A stretch of DNA of 64,000 nt from an uncultured Gammaproteobacteria bacterium (GTDB lineage: Bacteria; Patescibacteriota; Patescibacteriia; CAZSQN01): the NCBI GenBank assembly GCA_964609095.1, contig CAZSQN010000001.1:278117-342116 (forward strand), read 5' to 3'. Both the position numbers and the translations under genes were made by a program. Shown here piece after piece: positions 30,360 through 39,601 of this stretch; the stretch's first letter is position 1, and each line of letters opens with the position of its first letter. The notes below the pieces were generated by a model, which was not told the origin of the DNA, ran no database searches, and saw only the letters and a list, made by a program, of their open reading frames with translations.

Positions 30360-31094
30360 ATGGCAAAACTTCCAACATTGGTTGAGATGCTCCAAAGCGG
30401 CATGCACTTTGGGCATCAGGCGAGCCGCTGGCACCCAAAGATGAAGCAATATATCTTTGGCGAGCGCGGCGGCATTCATATTATTAATCTTGAGGTAACG
30501 GTTAAAAAATTGTCCGATGCCTTGGATTATCTAAAGGAGATTGTTTCTAAAGGCGGGGTTGTTATGCTGGTGGGGACCAAAAGGCAGGCGCAAGATGTTT
30601 TCCGCCAGGTCGGCGAGGAGACCGGAATGCCTTATGTCAATCGCCGCTGGCTGGGCGGGACGCTCACGAATTTTGGAGAAATTTTGCGGCTGATTAAACA
30701 TTATAAAGACCTTAAAGCCAAGCGCGAAGCCGGCGAACTCGCAAAATATACGAAAAAGGAACAGCTTGAGTTTGGCAGGGAAATTGAGGACTTGGAGCGC
30801 AAAGTCGGAGGCATTGCCAATCTTGGTCGTTTGCCCGAAGCGGTTTTTATTTTGGATTTAAAGACGGAAAAAACGGCTTTTGATGAAGCCAGGCGGATGA
30901 AGGTGCCGATTGTTGCCGTCACCGATACCAATGTCAATCCTGATGATGTTGCTTATCCGATTCCGGCCAATGATGACGCCGTTAAAGGCATTGAGATGAT
31001 TATGCGCCTTGTCGGCGAAGCGATACGAGAGGGGAAAGAAATGGCGGCCAAGGGAGCAGAACCAAAGAAGCAAGCGGAGACGATTGCGGCCTAA
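30360..31094 (+). CDS. rpsB: 30S ribosomal protein S2
   Basis: GMHFGHQ..RWHPKM, RWLGGTLTN, DTNVNP, PANDDA. Confidence 0.99.
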   Translation: MAKLPTLVEMLQSGMHFGHQASRWHPKMKQYIFGERGGIHIINLEVTVKKLSDALDYLKEIVSKGGVVMLVGTKRQAQDVFRQVGEETGMPYVNRRWLGGTLTNFGEILRLIKHYKDLKAKREAGELAKYTKKEQLEFGREIEDLERKVGGIANLGRLPEAVFILDLKTEKTAFDEARRMKVPIVAVTDTNVNPDDVAYPIPANDDAVKGIEMIMRLVGEAIREGKEMAAKGAEPKKQAETIAA

Positions 31095-31172
31095 AAAGCG
31101 TTTAGCGGTTAGCGTAAGCGCGTTTAGTTAATTTTCCTAAACCCTAAACGCTAAACCATTTATCCTAAAAAT

Positions 31173-31781
31173 ATGATTGACGCATCTACGATAATGAAGC
31201 TCCGCGAGCTTACCGGCGCCGGCATTGTTGAAGCCAAAAAGGCCTTGGAAGCGGCCGGAGGAGATATTAACAAAGCCATTGAGGCCTTGCGTAAAAAGGG
31301 CGTGGTTAAGGCGGCTGAAAAGGGAGTGCGCGAAACCCGCGAAGGCAGGGTTCATTCTTATATACACAGCAACGGCAAAGTCGGCGCGCTCCTGGAAGTG
31401 CTTTGCGAAACCGACTTTGTGGCGCGAAATGAAACATTTAAGGAACTCTGCCACGATCTGGCAATGCAAATAGCCGCGGCCAATCCGCTTTATGTTTCTT
31501 CCGCAGACGTTCCGCCGGAGGTTGTAGAAAAGGAAAAAGAGGTTTATTCATCCGGAGTTGAGCATTCCGGCAAGCCGGCGGAAATTGTAAATAAGATTGT
31601 TGAAGGAAAACTCGCAAAATATTTCAGCGATGTTTGTTTGCTTAATCAGACATTTATAAAAGACGAAGATATTACCGTGGAAGAGCGCATCAAGGCCGCG
31701 ATTGCCAAGCTTGGTGAAAACATCCGCGTGCGCAGGTTTGTGCGGTTTAGTTTGGACCAAGGTGAGCCCCAAGTCGCTTAA
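31173..31781 (+). CDS. tsf: Elongation factor Ts (short form)
   Basis: KLRELTGAG, CETDFVA, LGENIRVRRFVRF. Confidence 0.98.
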   Translation: MIDASTIMKLRELTGAGIVEAKKALEAAGGDINKAIEALRKKGVVKAAEKGVRETREGRVHSYIHSNGKVGALLEVLCETDFVARNETFKELCHDLAMQIAAANPLYVSSADVPPEVVEKEKEVYSSGVEHSGKPAEIVNKIVEGKLAKYFSDVCLLNQTFIKDEDITVEERIKAAIAKLGENIRVRRFVRFSLDQGEPQVA

Positions 31782-31879
31782 TTTGTCCACACGCAAAAAT
31801 CCCCGTAAAAGGGGATTTTTTGGTATAATCAAATTGTTCATTTTTAAATCCGGTACGGAAGGAGCCGGAATATTTACTT

Positions 31880-32914
31880 ATGGCAAGGTCTAATAATAAA
31901 AAAATTCGCATTGCAATAAATGGTTTCGGCCGCATTGGCAGAAACACTCTTAAGGCCGGATGGGATAATCCAAATGTTGAGTTTGTGGCGGTTAATGATT
32001 TAACCGCGCCAAAGATTTTGGCCCACCTTCTAAAATACGATTCCGTATTCCGGACTTGGGGTCATGAGGTTAGTTCAGACGAAAAAAATGTGATAGTTGG
32101 CGGCAAAAAGATTCCTGTTGTGGCGGAAAAAGAACCGGCTAAATTGCCGTGGAAAGATTATAAAATTGACGTGGTTATAGAATCAACCGGCAGGTTTACC
32201 AGCCGCGAGCTTTCTACTCCGCATCTTGCGGCTGGCGCCAAGGCCGTGGTTATTTCCGCTCCGGCAAAAGAAGTGCCTACATATTTAATGGGAGTGAATC
32301 ATGAAAAAGTGAAAAAAGATGAAAGAATCGTTTGCAACGCTTCCTGCACTACCAATTCCATCGCGCCGGTTGTGGCTATAATGAATGAGGCCTTTGGCAT
32401 AGAAAAGGCAATGATGACGACCGTGCACTCGGTGACGGCGGAACAAAATTTGGTTGATGGCCTGCCTCCGGCGCTTCATCCGGATATGCGCCGCGCCCGT
32501 TCCGCTTTAATCAACATTGTCCCGACTTCAACCGGCGCGGCCAAAGCCACAACCGAAGCAATACCGGAATTAAAAGGGCTTTTTGACGGCATTGCCGTGC
32601 GCGTGCCCACGCTTGACGTGTCGCTTTCTGATTTTACGATGCTTTTGAAAAAGAATACGACAGTGGAAGAAATTAACGCGGCTTTTAAAAAAGCGGCTGT
32701 CTCCGCGCGCTGGAAAGGGATTCTTGGCGTGTCCGAAGTCCCGCTTGTTTCTTCTGATTTTATCGGCTCAACTTATTCCTCGGTTGTTGATTTGGAAATG
32801 ACTCGCGTGGTCGGCGGCAATTTGGTGAAAGTGATGGCGTGGTATGACAACGAGTACGGATACAGCGTGCATTTGGTGGAGATGGCGGTTAACGTGGGTA
32901 GGCGTATAACATGA
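31880..32914 (+). CDS. gap: Glyceraldehyde-3-phosphate dehydrogenase
   Basis: INGFGRIGR, NASCTTN, WYDNEYGYS. Confidence 0.99.
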   Translation: MARSNNKKIRIAINGFGRIGRNTLKAGWDNPNVEFVAVNDLTAPKILAHLLKYDSVFRTWGHEVSSDEKNVIVGGKKIPVVAEKEPAKLPWKDYKIDVVIESTGRFTSRELSTPHLAAGAKAVVISAPAKEVPTYLMGVNHEKVKKDERIVCNASCTTNSIAPVVAIMNEAFGIEKAMMTTVHSVTAEQNLVDGLPPALHPDMRRARSALINIVPTSTGAAKATTEAIPELKGLFDGIAVRVPTLDVSLSDFTMLLKKNTTVEEINAAFKKAAVSARWKGILGVSEVPLVSSDFIGSTYSSVVDLEMTRVVGGNLVKVMAWYDNEYGYSVHLVEMAVNVGRRIT

Positions 32915-33009
32915 CGCAAATCCACGAATGAACTGCGAATGATGCAAATATGCGAATATTGTATTCGCGCATTCGCGGCATTCGCATTAAATTCGCATCA
33001 TTTGCGTTA
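32913..33009. repeat. GCGAAT/ATTCGC-type palindromic repeat
   Basis: ACGCAAAT..ACGAAT..GCGAAT...ATTCGC...TTTGCGT. Confidence 0.75.
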
Positions 33010-33016
33010 TATTTTT

Positions 33017-34327
33017 ATGGAAAAGAATATTGTCATCATCGGCGGGGGTTTTGGGGGACTGAGGGCAGCCTTGGATTTGGCGCGCAGCCGCGCCAAGAAG
33101 ATGGGCTACCGTCTGATAGTTTTGGACAAAAACGATTCACATATTTATACTCCTTTGCTTTATGAAGTCGCTTCCGGCTGCAATGACAAAGTGATTAGCG
33201 AGTACAACATGGCCAAAGGCGTTACCTCGCGCCTTTCTGATTACGCGCGCGCTTGCGGTTTTGAATTTTATAAAGGAGAGGCGGTTTCAATTGATTTTAA
33301 GAACCGCCGCGTTTTCTTAAAAGACGGAAGCTCTGTTGATTTTCAGGCGCTGGTTTTGGCAGTCGGTTCGGAAACTGATTTTTTCGGCATCCCGGGTTTG
33401 GCGGAATCAGCCCTGACCTTAAAGAACTTGGAAGACGGCTTCCGCATCAGAAAAAAGATAATGAACCTGACGGAGGAGAAAAGCAAAGGGCGCGAAGTTC
33501 AGATAAGGGTGATGATAGGCGGCGGCGGGGCTACCGGCGTGGAGTCGGCGGCCGAGCTGGCCGGCAGTTTTCATCATTTGGCGGTTGAGGGGAAAATAGG
33601 GGGCGGCGATTGGACAATTACATTGGTTGAAGCCGGGCCGCGCATACTTCCTATGCTGCCGCAAGAGATTTCAGAGCGCGCGCGGCGGCGGCTGGAACGG
33701 CTCGGCGTTAAGGTTTTGCGGGACGCATGCATTAAAAAAGTGAATGGAAACCGCGTTATTCTTGCTCCGCGTCCGCTTAAGGAAGGAGAATCGCCCGAAG
33801 AGCTTTTGTGCGATTTCAGGACGGAAACGGAAAAAGAATTTGAAGCGGACATTCTCATCTGGGCCGGAGGAGTCCGCGCCAATCCGGCGCTTGGGGAGTG
33901 GGGCCTGGAGGTGGACAAAAAGGGACGCGTGGCCACCTCTCCGACAATGGAGGTAAAAGGGAAAGAGCGCGAAAACGTTTATGCCGTAGGCGATTGCGTT
34001 TTTTTGCCCGACCCCGAGACGGGAGTTGCCGCGCCGGCGCTGGCGCAGGCGGCCATTGCCGAGGCGGCCGTCGCGGCAAAAAACATCATCTATGATTTGG
34101 AAGGGTTAAACACCAGAGTTTATTATAAGTTCAGAGCTTATCCGGTCGTTGTTCCTCTCGGAGGGAAAAATGCCGTTGCTTATTTTTGGCATTTGCATCT
34201 TTGGGGGCCGTTGGGGTGGGCGGTGAGGCAGGCCGCTGATTTTCGTTATTTTTTGTCGGTGCTTCCGTTTCGGAAAGCTCTGAAAATATGGTTCGCCGGC
34301 GCCCTTATTTATTCTCACAATGATTAA
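33017..34327 (+). CDS. ndh: Type II NADH dehydrogenase-like FAD oxidoreductase
   Basis: IIGGGFGGL, TPLLYEVA, GGGATGVE.AAEL, VYAVGD, AQAA. Confidence 0.85.
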   Translation: MEKNIVIIGGGFGGLRAALDLARSRAKKMGYRLIVLDKNDSHIYTPLLYEVASGCNDKVISEYNMAKGVTSRLSDYARACGFEFYKGEAVSIDFKNRRVFLKDGSSVDFQALVLAVGSETDFFGIPGLAESALTLKNLEDGFRIRKKIMNLTEEKSKGREVQIRVMIGGGGATGVESAAELAGSFHHLAVEGKIGGGDWTITLVEAGPRILPMLPQEISERARRRLERLGVKVLRDACIKKVNGNRVILAPRPLKEGESPEELLCDFRTETEKEFEADILIWAGGVRANPALGEWGLEVDKKGRVATSPTMEVKGKERENVYAVGDCVFLPDPETGVAAPALAQAAIAEAAVAAKNIIYDLEGLNTRVYYKFRAYPVVVPLGGKNAVAYFWHLHLWGPLGWAVRQAADFRYFLSVLPFRKALKIWFAGALIYSHND

Positions 34328-35540
34328 ATTCCCATTTTTAAAAAGAAAGATTTTTCATCTGCCCGGCCTTGACGATTTAAAAATAGAAAAAGGAACGCGG
34401 GTTCTTTTGCGCGTTGATTACAACGTGCCGATGGAATTGGGCAAAGTGGCGGACTCCTGGAGGATTGAACGCACCTTGCCGACGATAAATTTTCTTCTTG
34501 AACGCGGAGCCCGAGTTATTATTTTGTCTCACTTGGGACGGCCCGGCGGAATTTTTAAGCAAGAATTGTCGCTTGAGCCGATTGCGGCGCATTTAGGCGT
34601 TTTGTTAAAAAAGCATGTTGAATTTTATAATGCCTTGCCGCCAAACCAATCCTTAAAAAAATACGTACAGGGCATCAAGCCGGGCGAAGCGGGGATGCTG
34701 GAAAATCTGCGTTTTTCTCCGGGCGAGGATAAAGGCGACGCGGAGTTTGCCCGCGGTCTGGCGGAATTGGGAGATGTTTACGTCAATGACGCTTTTGCCG
34801 TCTGCCACAGGCCTTCCGCTTCCGTTGTCGGCTTGCCCAAAATTATGCCCCATGCCGCCGGTTTGCTTTTGGAACAGGAAGCGCGCAATCTTGGCCGTTT
34901 GTTAAATAAAACGGCTAAACCGTTTATCTTGATTATGGGCGGAGCCAAAATAACGGATAAAATCGGAATGATTAAAAATTTGATGCCGCGGGCGGATAGG
35001 GCGCTACTGGGCGGAGCGTTAGTGAATAATTTTTTGGCGGCTTTGGGATATGGTTTGGGCGGTTCGCTTTACGCGCCGAATGAAGTGGAATTGGCGCGCG
35101 GCCTGTTGCGCGAGAAAAAGATTGTCTTGCCGAGCGATGTGGTTATCGGCGTTAAGGGCGCGGAGAAATCAGCGAGAGTGGTAATGCTGGGCAAATCAGC
35201 GAAAAAGCTGGCGGGAAGCAACGAGTCCATTTTGGATATAGGGCCGGAAACTGTCGGCCTTTACGCGGCGCAAATAAAAAAGGCGGCCACAATCGTCTGG
35301 AACGGGCCGCTTGGATATTTTGAAGAGCCGCAGTTTTCGCATGGCACGCTTGCTCTGGCCCGCACTGTTGCCAGCCGAAGCAAAGGACCGGCGTTTGGCG
35401 TTGTCGGCGGCGGGGAAACGGTTTTGGCTTTGCGCCGCACAAAAATGGAAGATATGGTTGATTGGGTTTCCACCGGAGGCGGTGCGATGCTGGAGTTTTT
35501 GGAAGGTAAGACGCTTCCGGGGATAAAAGCGTTATTATGA
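34320..35540 (+). CDS. pgk: Phosphoglycerate kinase
   Basis: RVDYNVP, SHLGRP, LENLRF, NDAF, WNGPLG, STGGGAMLEFLEG. Confidence 0.98.
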   Translation: MIKFPFLKRKIFHLPGLDDLKIEKGTRVLLRVDYNVPMELGKVADSWRIERTLPTINFLLERGARVIILSHLGRPGGIFKQELSLEPIAAHLGVLLKKHVEFYNALPPNQSLKKYVQGIKPGEAGMLENLRFSPGEDKGDAEFARGLAELGDVYVNDAFAVCHRPSASVVGLPKIMPHAAGLLLEQEARNLGRLLNKTAKPFILIMGGAKITDKIGMIKNLMPRADRALLGGALVNNFLAALGYGLGGSLYAPNEVELARGLLREKKIVLPSDVVIGVKGAEKSARVVMLGKSAKKLAGSNESILDIGPETVGLYAAQIKKAATIVWNGPLGYFEEPQFSHGTLALARTVASRSKGPAFGVVGGGETVLALRRTKMEDMVDWVSTGGGAMLEFLEGKTLPGIKALL

Positions 35541-35592
35541 AACATAAAGCGTGAAACATGAATCATTAAATGCTTCATGTTCTAGAAGGACT

Positions 35593-36420
35593 ATGAAAAA
35601 GATGCTTCCTTTTTTTCTCGTGTTAGTAGCTTTAGTGTCGTTTGGAGCCGGTTGTGAAACTCAGAAAATTACTGTGCCTAAAGACGAAATAAAAGAAACA
35701 GTAAAAACAGAAAAAACATTACCAACGATAGAAAACAAAGAAAAACAAAATATTAACGATGGGACATTTTTGGTAACTCGAGTAATAGATGGTGATACGA
35801 TAGAGATTGAGGGGGGACAAAAGATACGTTATATCGGTATTGATACGCCGGAAACAGTAGATCCAAGAAAACCAGTGCAATGTTTCGGCAAAGAAGCCAG
35901 TAATAGGAATAAACAGCTGGTTGAGGGTAAAAGAGTGCATCTGGAAAAAGATATTACCGAAACCGATAGATATGGACGTTTGTTGCGTTATGTTTATTTA
36001 GAAAATATTTTTATTAATCTGTTATTGGTTCAGGAAGGATTTGCGACTTCATATAGCTATCCGCCAGATATAAAATATCAAGATAAATTTATAGAAGCTG
36101 GACGAATTGCAAGAGATAAAAAAAATGGCCTTTGGGGAGCGTGTCCTGTTGTTCCACCTGCTCCTGCATCTGCAGAAACAACCGTGCCGCAACCTGTTCC
36201 AACTCCAATGCCAACAACATCGCCACAGCCGACCACTGCACCAACGTCAGCTTCTTGTAATATTAAAGGCAATATATCATCGGGCGGAAAAATATATCAT
36301 TTACCTGGTTGTAGTTCTTATAATCAAACTGTGATAAATGAAGTGCAAGGTGAACGTTGGTTTTGCACTGAAGAAGAAGCGGTAGCGGTGGGTTGGCGTA
36401 AAGCTAAAAACTGTCCTTAA
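35593..36420 (+). CDS. Thermonuclease (SNase) lipoprotein with C-terminal Ada-like metal-binding domain
   Basis: Lipobox GAGC; RVIDGDT, IGIDTPE, DRYGRLL; Pro/Thr linker; CNIKGNIS...YHLPGC...WFC; AT-rich. Confidence 0.92.
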   Translation: MKKMLPFFLVLVALVSFGAGCETQKITVPKDEIKETVKTEKTLPTIENKEKQNINDGTFLVTRVIDGDTIEIEGGQKIRYIGIDTPETVDPRKPVQCFGKEASNRNKQLVEGKRVHLEKDITETDRYGRLLRYVYLENIFINLLLVQEGFATSYSYPPDIKYQDKFIEAGRIARDKKNGLWGACPVVPPAPASAETTVPQPVPTPMPTTSPQPTTAPTSASCNIKGNISSGGKIYHLPGCSSYNQTVINEVQGERWFCTEEEAVAVGWRKAKNCP

Positions 36421-36443
36421 TTTGCATTTTAATTTATTTCTTT

Positions 36444-36680
36444 GTGTCCAAAAAATCAATCAAAATGGAAATTGTTCAAAAAACAACCGAGTTGGCCACG
36501 GCCGGATTCGGGTTTGTGGCCGCGTTGGCCTGGAATGACGCCATCCAGTCGCTTGTGGTTCAAATTTTTGGAGAGCAGAGCAGGATTTTGGCAAAATTTA
36601 TTTACGCGATTATTTTGACAGCGGCAGTTGTTTTAATTACTACTCAGCTTGGCCGCATGGCCGCGAGATTAAAAGAATAA
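36444..36680 (+). CDS. Small membrane protein (DUF5654-like)
   Basis: [16 protein letters not shown] motif. Confidence 0.8.
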   Translation: MSKKSIKMEIVQKTTELATAGFGFVAALAWNDAIQSLVVQIFGEQSRILAKFIYAIILTAAVVLITTQLGRMAARLKE

Positions 36681-36684
36681 AAAT

Positions 36685-37950
36685 ATGCCTAACAATAAAA
36701 TCAAAGAAGTCAGGGCGCGGGAGATTCTTGATTCGCGCGGCAATCCCACGATTGAAGTAAAAGTTGTTTTAAGTTCGGGTGTCATCGGCGTTGCGTCAGT
36801 GCCGTCAGGCGCCAGTACAGGCGCCCATGAGGCATTGGAGCTGCGCGATAATGATAAATCCAGATTTGAGGGAAAAGGGGTATTAAAAGCAGTGCGGAAT
36901 GTTAACACTGTTATTGCTAAAACATTAAAAGGGGTAGAAGCAACCCGTCAGGCGGACATTGACCATGTGATGCTGGAGCTTGACGGCACGGAAAACAAAT
37001 CAAAATTGGGAGCTAATGCCATTTTAGGCGTGTCGCTGGCCGTCGCGCGCGCTGGAGCAGAGGCAAATAATTTGCCTTTGTATAAATATCTGCGAAAGAG
37101 CTATAAGCTAAAAGCTAAAAGCTATAAGCTGCCGATTCCAATGATGAATATCCTAAACGGCGGACGGCACGCGGACTGGGCGCTGGATATTCAGGAGTGC
37201 ATGATTATGCCCCAGATGCCCAAATTCCGCGACCGGGTGCGGGCCGGAGCGGAAATTTTTCACGCGCTGGGAAAGGTTTTGCGTTCTTCCGGCTATAAAA
37301 CATTGGTTGGCGATGAAGGCGGATACGCGCCTGAATTGTCTAAAAATGAAGAATCCTTCCGCCTTATCGGGCAGGCCATCACGGAGGCGGGTTACAGGCC
37401 GAAAGCGGATGTGGCTTTGGGCATAGACGCGGCTGCTTCGGAATTTTATGAAGAATCTTCCGGCCTTTATCATATGAAGCGCGACGGGAAAAGTTTGCGC
37501 GCCCCGGAACTCCTGGAGGTCTACAAATTATGGATAGAAAAGTATCCGCTGGTCTTAATTGAAGACGGCTTTGCCGAGGATGATTGGAGCAACTGGGTTT
37601 ATTTAACCCGCGAACTTGGGAAAAAAGTTAATTTGGTCGGCGATGATTTGTTTGTTACTAACGTAAATCGGCTGAAAAAGGGGATTGAGATGAAAATAGG
37701 AAACGCGATTTTGATAAAAGTAAATCAGATCGGTTCGCTTACGGAAACAATAGACGCCATAACTTTGGCGCAAAAAAATGGATACAAAATCGCGGTCTCG
37801 CATCGTTCCGGCGAAACTTGCGATACTTTTATCGCGGATCTGGCCGTAGCCGTTGGCGCGGAATACATAAAAACCGGCTCGCTTTCGCGAAGCGAGCGGG
37901 TGGAGAAGTACAACCGGCTGATGGAGATAGAGGACGAGACGGGAAGATAA
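36685..37950 (+). CDS. eno: Enolase
   Basis: [38 protein letters not shown]. Confidence 0.99.
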   Translation: MPNNKIKEVRAREILDSRGNPTIEVKVVLSSGVIGVASVPSGASTGAHEALELRDNDKSRFEGKGVLKAVRNVNTVIAKTLKGVEATRQADIDHVMLELDGTENKSKLGANAILGVSLAVARAGAEANNLPLYKYLRKSYKLKAKSYKLPIPMMNILNGGRHADWALDIQECMIMPQMPKFRDRVRAGAEIFHALGKVLRSSGYKTLVGDEGGYAPELSKNEESFRLIGQAITEAGYRPKADVALGIDAAASEFYEESSGLYHMKRDGKSLRAPELLEVYKLWIEKYPLVLIEDGFAEDDWSNWVYLTRELGKKVNLVGDDLFVTNVNRLKKGIEMKIGNAILIKVNQIGSLTETIDAITLAQKNGYKIAVSHRSGETCDTFIADLAVAVGAEYIKTGSLSRSERVEKYNRLMEIEDETGR

Positions 37951-38115
37951 AAATAACATTCTAATATTCTGCAGAATGTTTGAATATCGGGAGATAGCAA
38001 AAACTTTTATATAAGAAGAAGACGGTTGCCTTGACTTGGCGGCTGTTTTTTGTTTAAGTACATTTACGTCCTTTGACAACAAGGCGCTGGATGCAAACAA
38101 GGAAAGGAGCAAAGC

Positions 38116-39048
38116 ATGAGGTACGTTATCTTGAGGTCTGGCGGAAGAGCTGTTCCGTCAATCACTGCCGATGAATTCAAGGCCTTATTGCCCGCAATTT
38201 GCGACAGGGAAACATCCCAGGATGCCGAGCATTGGACGCCGGAGAATCCCTTAGTCGGCCATTGCGCTGTTGTTTCGCTTGTGGCCCAGAATCTTTTCGG
38301 TGGAGAATTGCTCCGCGGATCGCTTCTGGAGGTGCCAGGTTTTGAGTATATGCGGTCTCACTACTGGAATCGGCTTGCTGACGGGACGGTTGAAGATTTC
38401 ACCAAGCCACAGTTTGGAGATAAGTATCCGGAAGGGCTAAAGTCAGAGCCAAAAGACCGTTCTTACGTTCTTTTTGATCCTAAAACCGGCGCGCCCAGAG
38501 AAATCATGAAGCGCTATAAGCTCCTTGCTTGGCGGCTGGCTAAAGCGCTAAGCGGCGGCAATCCGCTTTTTGAAGATGGTTATTACCGCCAATGTTTTGA
38601 CGCGGCTTTGGATTCACCTTGCCAAAAGATGAAGTTCGGGTGCGTGATTACCCATGGTGGCTATCACGTGATTTATAAAGGATGTAATGAAACCATTCCG
38701 GGACTCAAGACGCTTTGCGAGCCAAAGTGTATTCGGTTTGGTATTGCTTCCAGAACCGAGTCCATGCTTGGCGCTTGCGGCCATGCTGAAGAAAGAGGCA
38801 TCTGGACAATTGTGGGACAGGGAAGGCCGCTTGCCGGTTGCAAGCTCTATGTGGCGGGTTTTTACCCCAATGGGCTTCCTTGGATTAAAGAGCGTGCCGA
38901 GCATACTTGCCTCCGTTGCGCGGTGCAGATGAACTATGCCGGACTTGACGCGGTTGTCGTTCCTACGGTTATCGGTTGGGTAAGCATGACTACTGCAGTA
39001 GCGCTGGAAACGGCGCTCGCTTACGCCACCGGAGAGAAAAAGGTCTGA
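38116..39048 (+). CDS. YunG-like N-domain fused to a zinc-dependent cytidine/dCMP-type deaminase
   Basis: WTPENP..GHCAVVSLV.Q..FGG...SHYWN...DFT..QF; then SPC.K..FG, HAEE, CLRC. Confidence 0.75.
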   Translation: MRYVILRSGGRAVPSITADEFKALLPAICDRETSQDAEHWTPENPLVGHCAVVSLVAQNLFGGELLRGSLLEVPGFEYMRSHYWNRLADGTVEDFTKPQFGDKYPEGLKSEPKDRSYVLFDPKTGAPREIMKRYKLLAWRLAKALSGGNPLFEDGYYRQCFDAALDSPCQKMKFGCVITHGGYHVIYKGCNETIPGLKTLCEPKCIRFGIASRTESMLGACGHAEERGIWTIVGQGRPLAGCKLYVAGFYPNGLPWIKERAEHTCLRCAVQMNYAGLDAVVVPTVIGWVSMTTAVALETALAYATGEKKV

Positions 39049-39062
39049 GAAAGAGGAAAGAA

Positions 39063-39491
39063 ATGAAAAAGCAAATCATGAAAGGCGTCTTTGACGCATT
39101 GCTCACCGTTGGTGTCTTTTGGGCAAGCGGATTTCTCGGTAAAGCTTCGTACTCTATACTCGGGTCGCCTTTTGTTTATTGGCTGATTGTAATGGCCGGA
39201 GTGGGATTTTGGGGAGGAAATTTCCTACGAATCGGCATTAAGGCCATTAAAGATGCGAACTTTTTGCTGGCAGTAAGGGCAGTAGTTTTCGTGCTAAGCT
39301 TTTGCGTTTTGGTTAATCTTTTGACAGGTGTCTTGCGCCTTGATTATCCAACGAGTAATGTTCGGTGTTCCGACGCCGGTGTGCTTATCGGCTATTTCGG
39401 AATTCTCCTTGTATTGGGTTTCTCCCCATTGTTCTTTGCGAAGAAAAACTTAAAGACGGTTGCCCGTCTTGCCAAGCTCAATTCCAGATAA
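39063..39491 (+). CDS. Four-TM hypothetical membrane protein
   Basis: SD GAGG; hydrophobic segments. Confidence 0.65.
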   Translation: MKKQIMKGVFDALLTVGVFWASGFLGKASYSILGSPFVYWLIVMAGVGFWGGNFLRIGIKAIKDANFLLAVRAVVFVLSFCVLVNLLTGVLRLDYPTSNVRCSDAGVLIGYFGILLVLGFSPLFFAKKNLKTVARLAKLNSR

Positions 39492-39601
39492 TTAATACGG
39501 TTTCGGCCGTATTTTTTTTTTATCACGGCTGGGAAAAATGCGGGATTTTATTGCCAGCCGGCGGAATTTTTGGCATACTGAAACGGTATAATATAAGGAG
39601 T

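Noticed and set aside
39365-39601. Long upstream extensions on gpmI (likewise ABC exporter, ndh, mutM, helicase, MVP)
   Set aside because: They run through promoters, repeats or neighbouring genes; conserved sequence begins at downstream ATGs.
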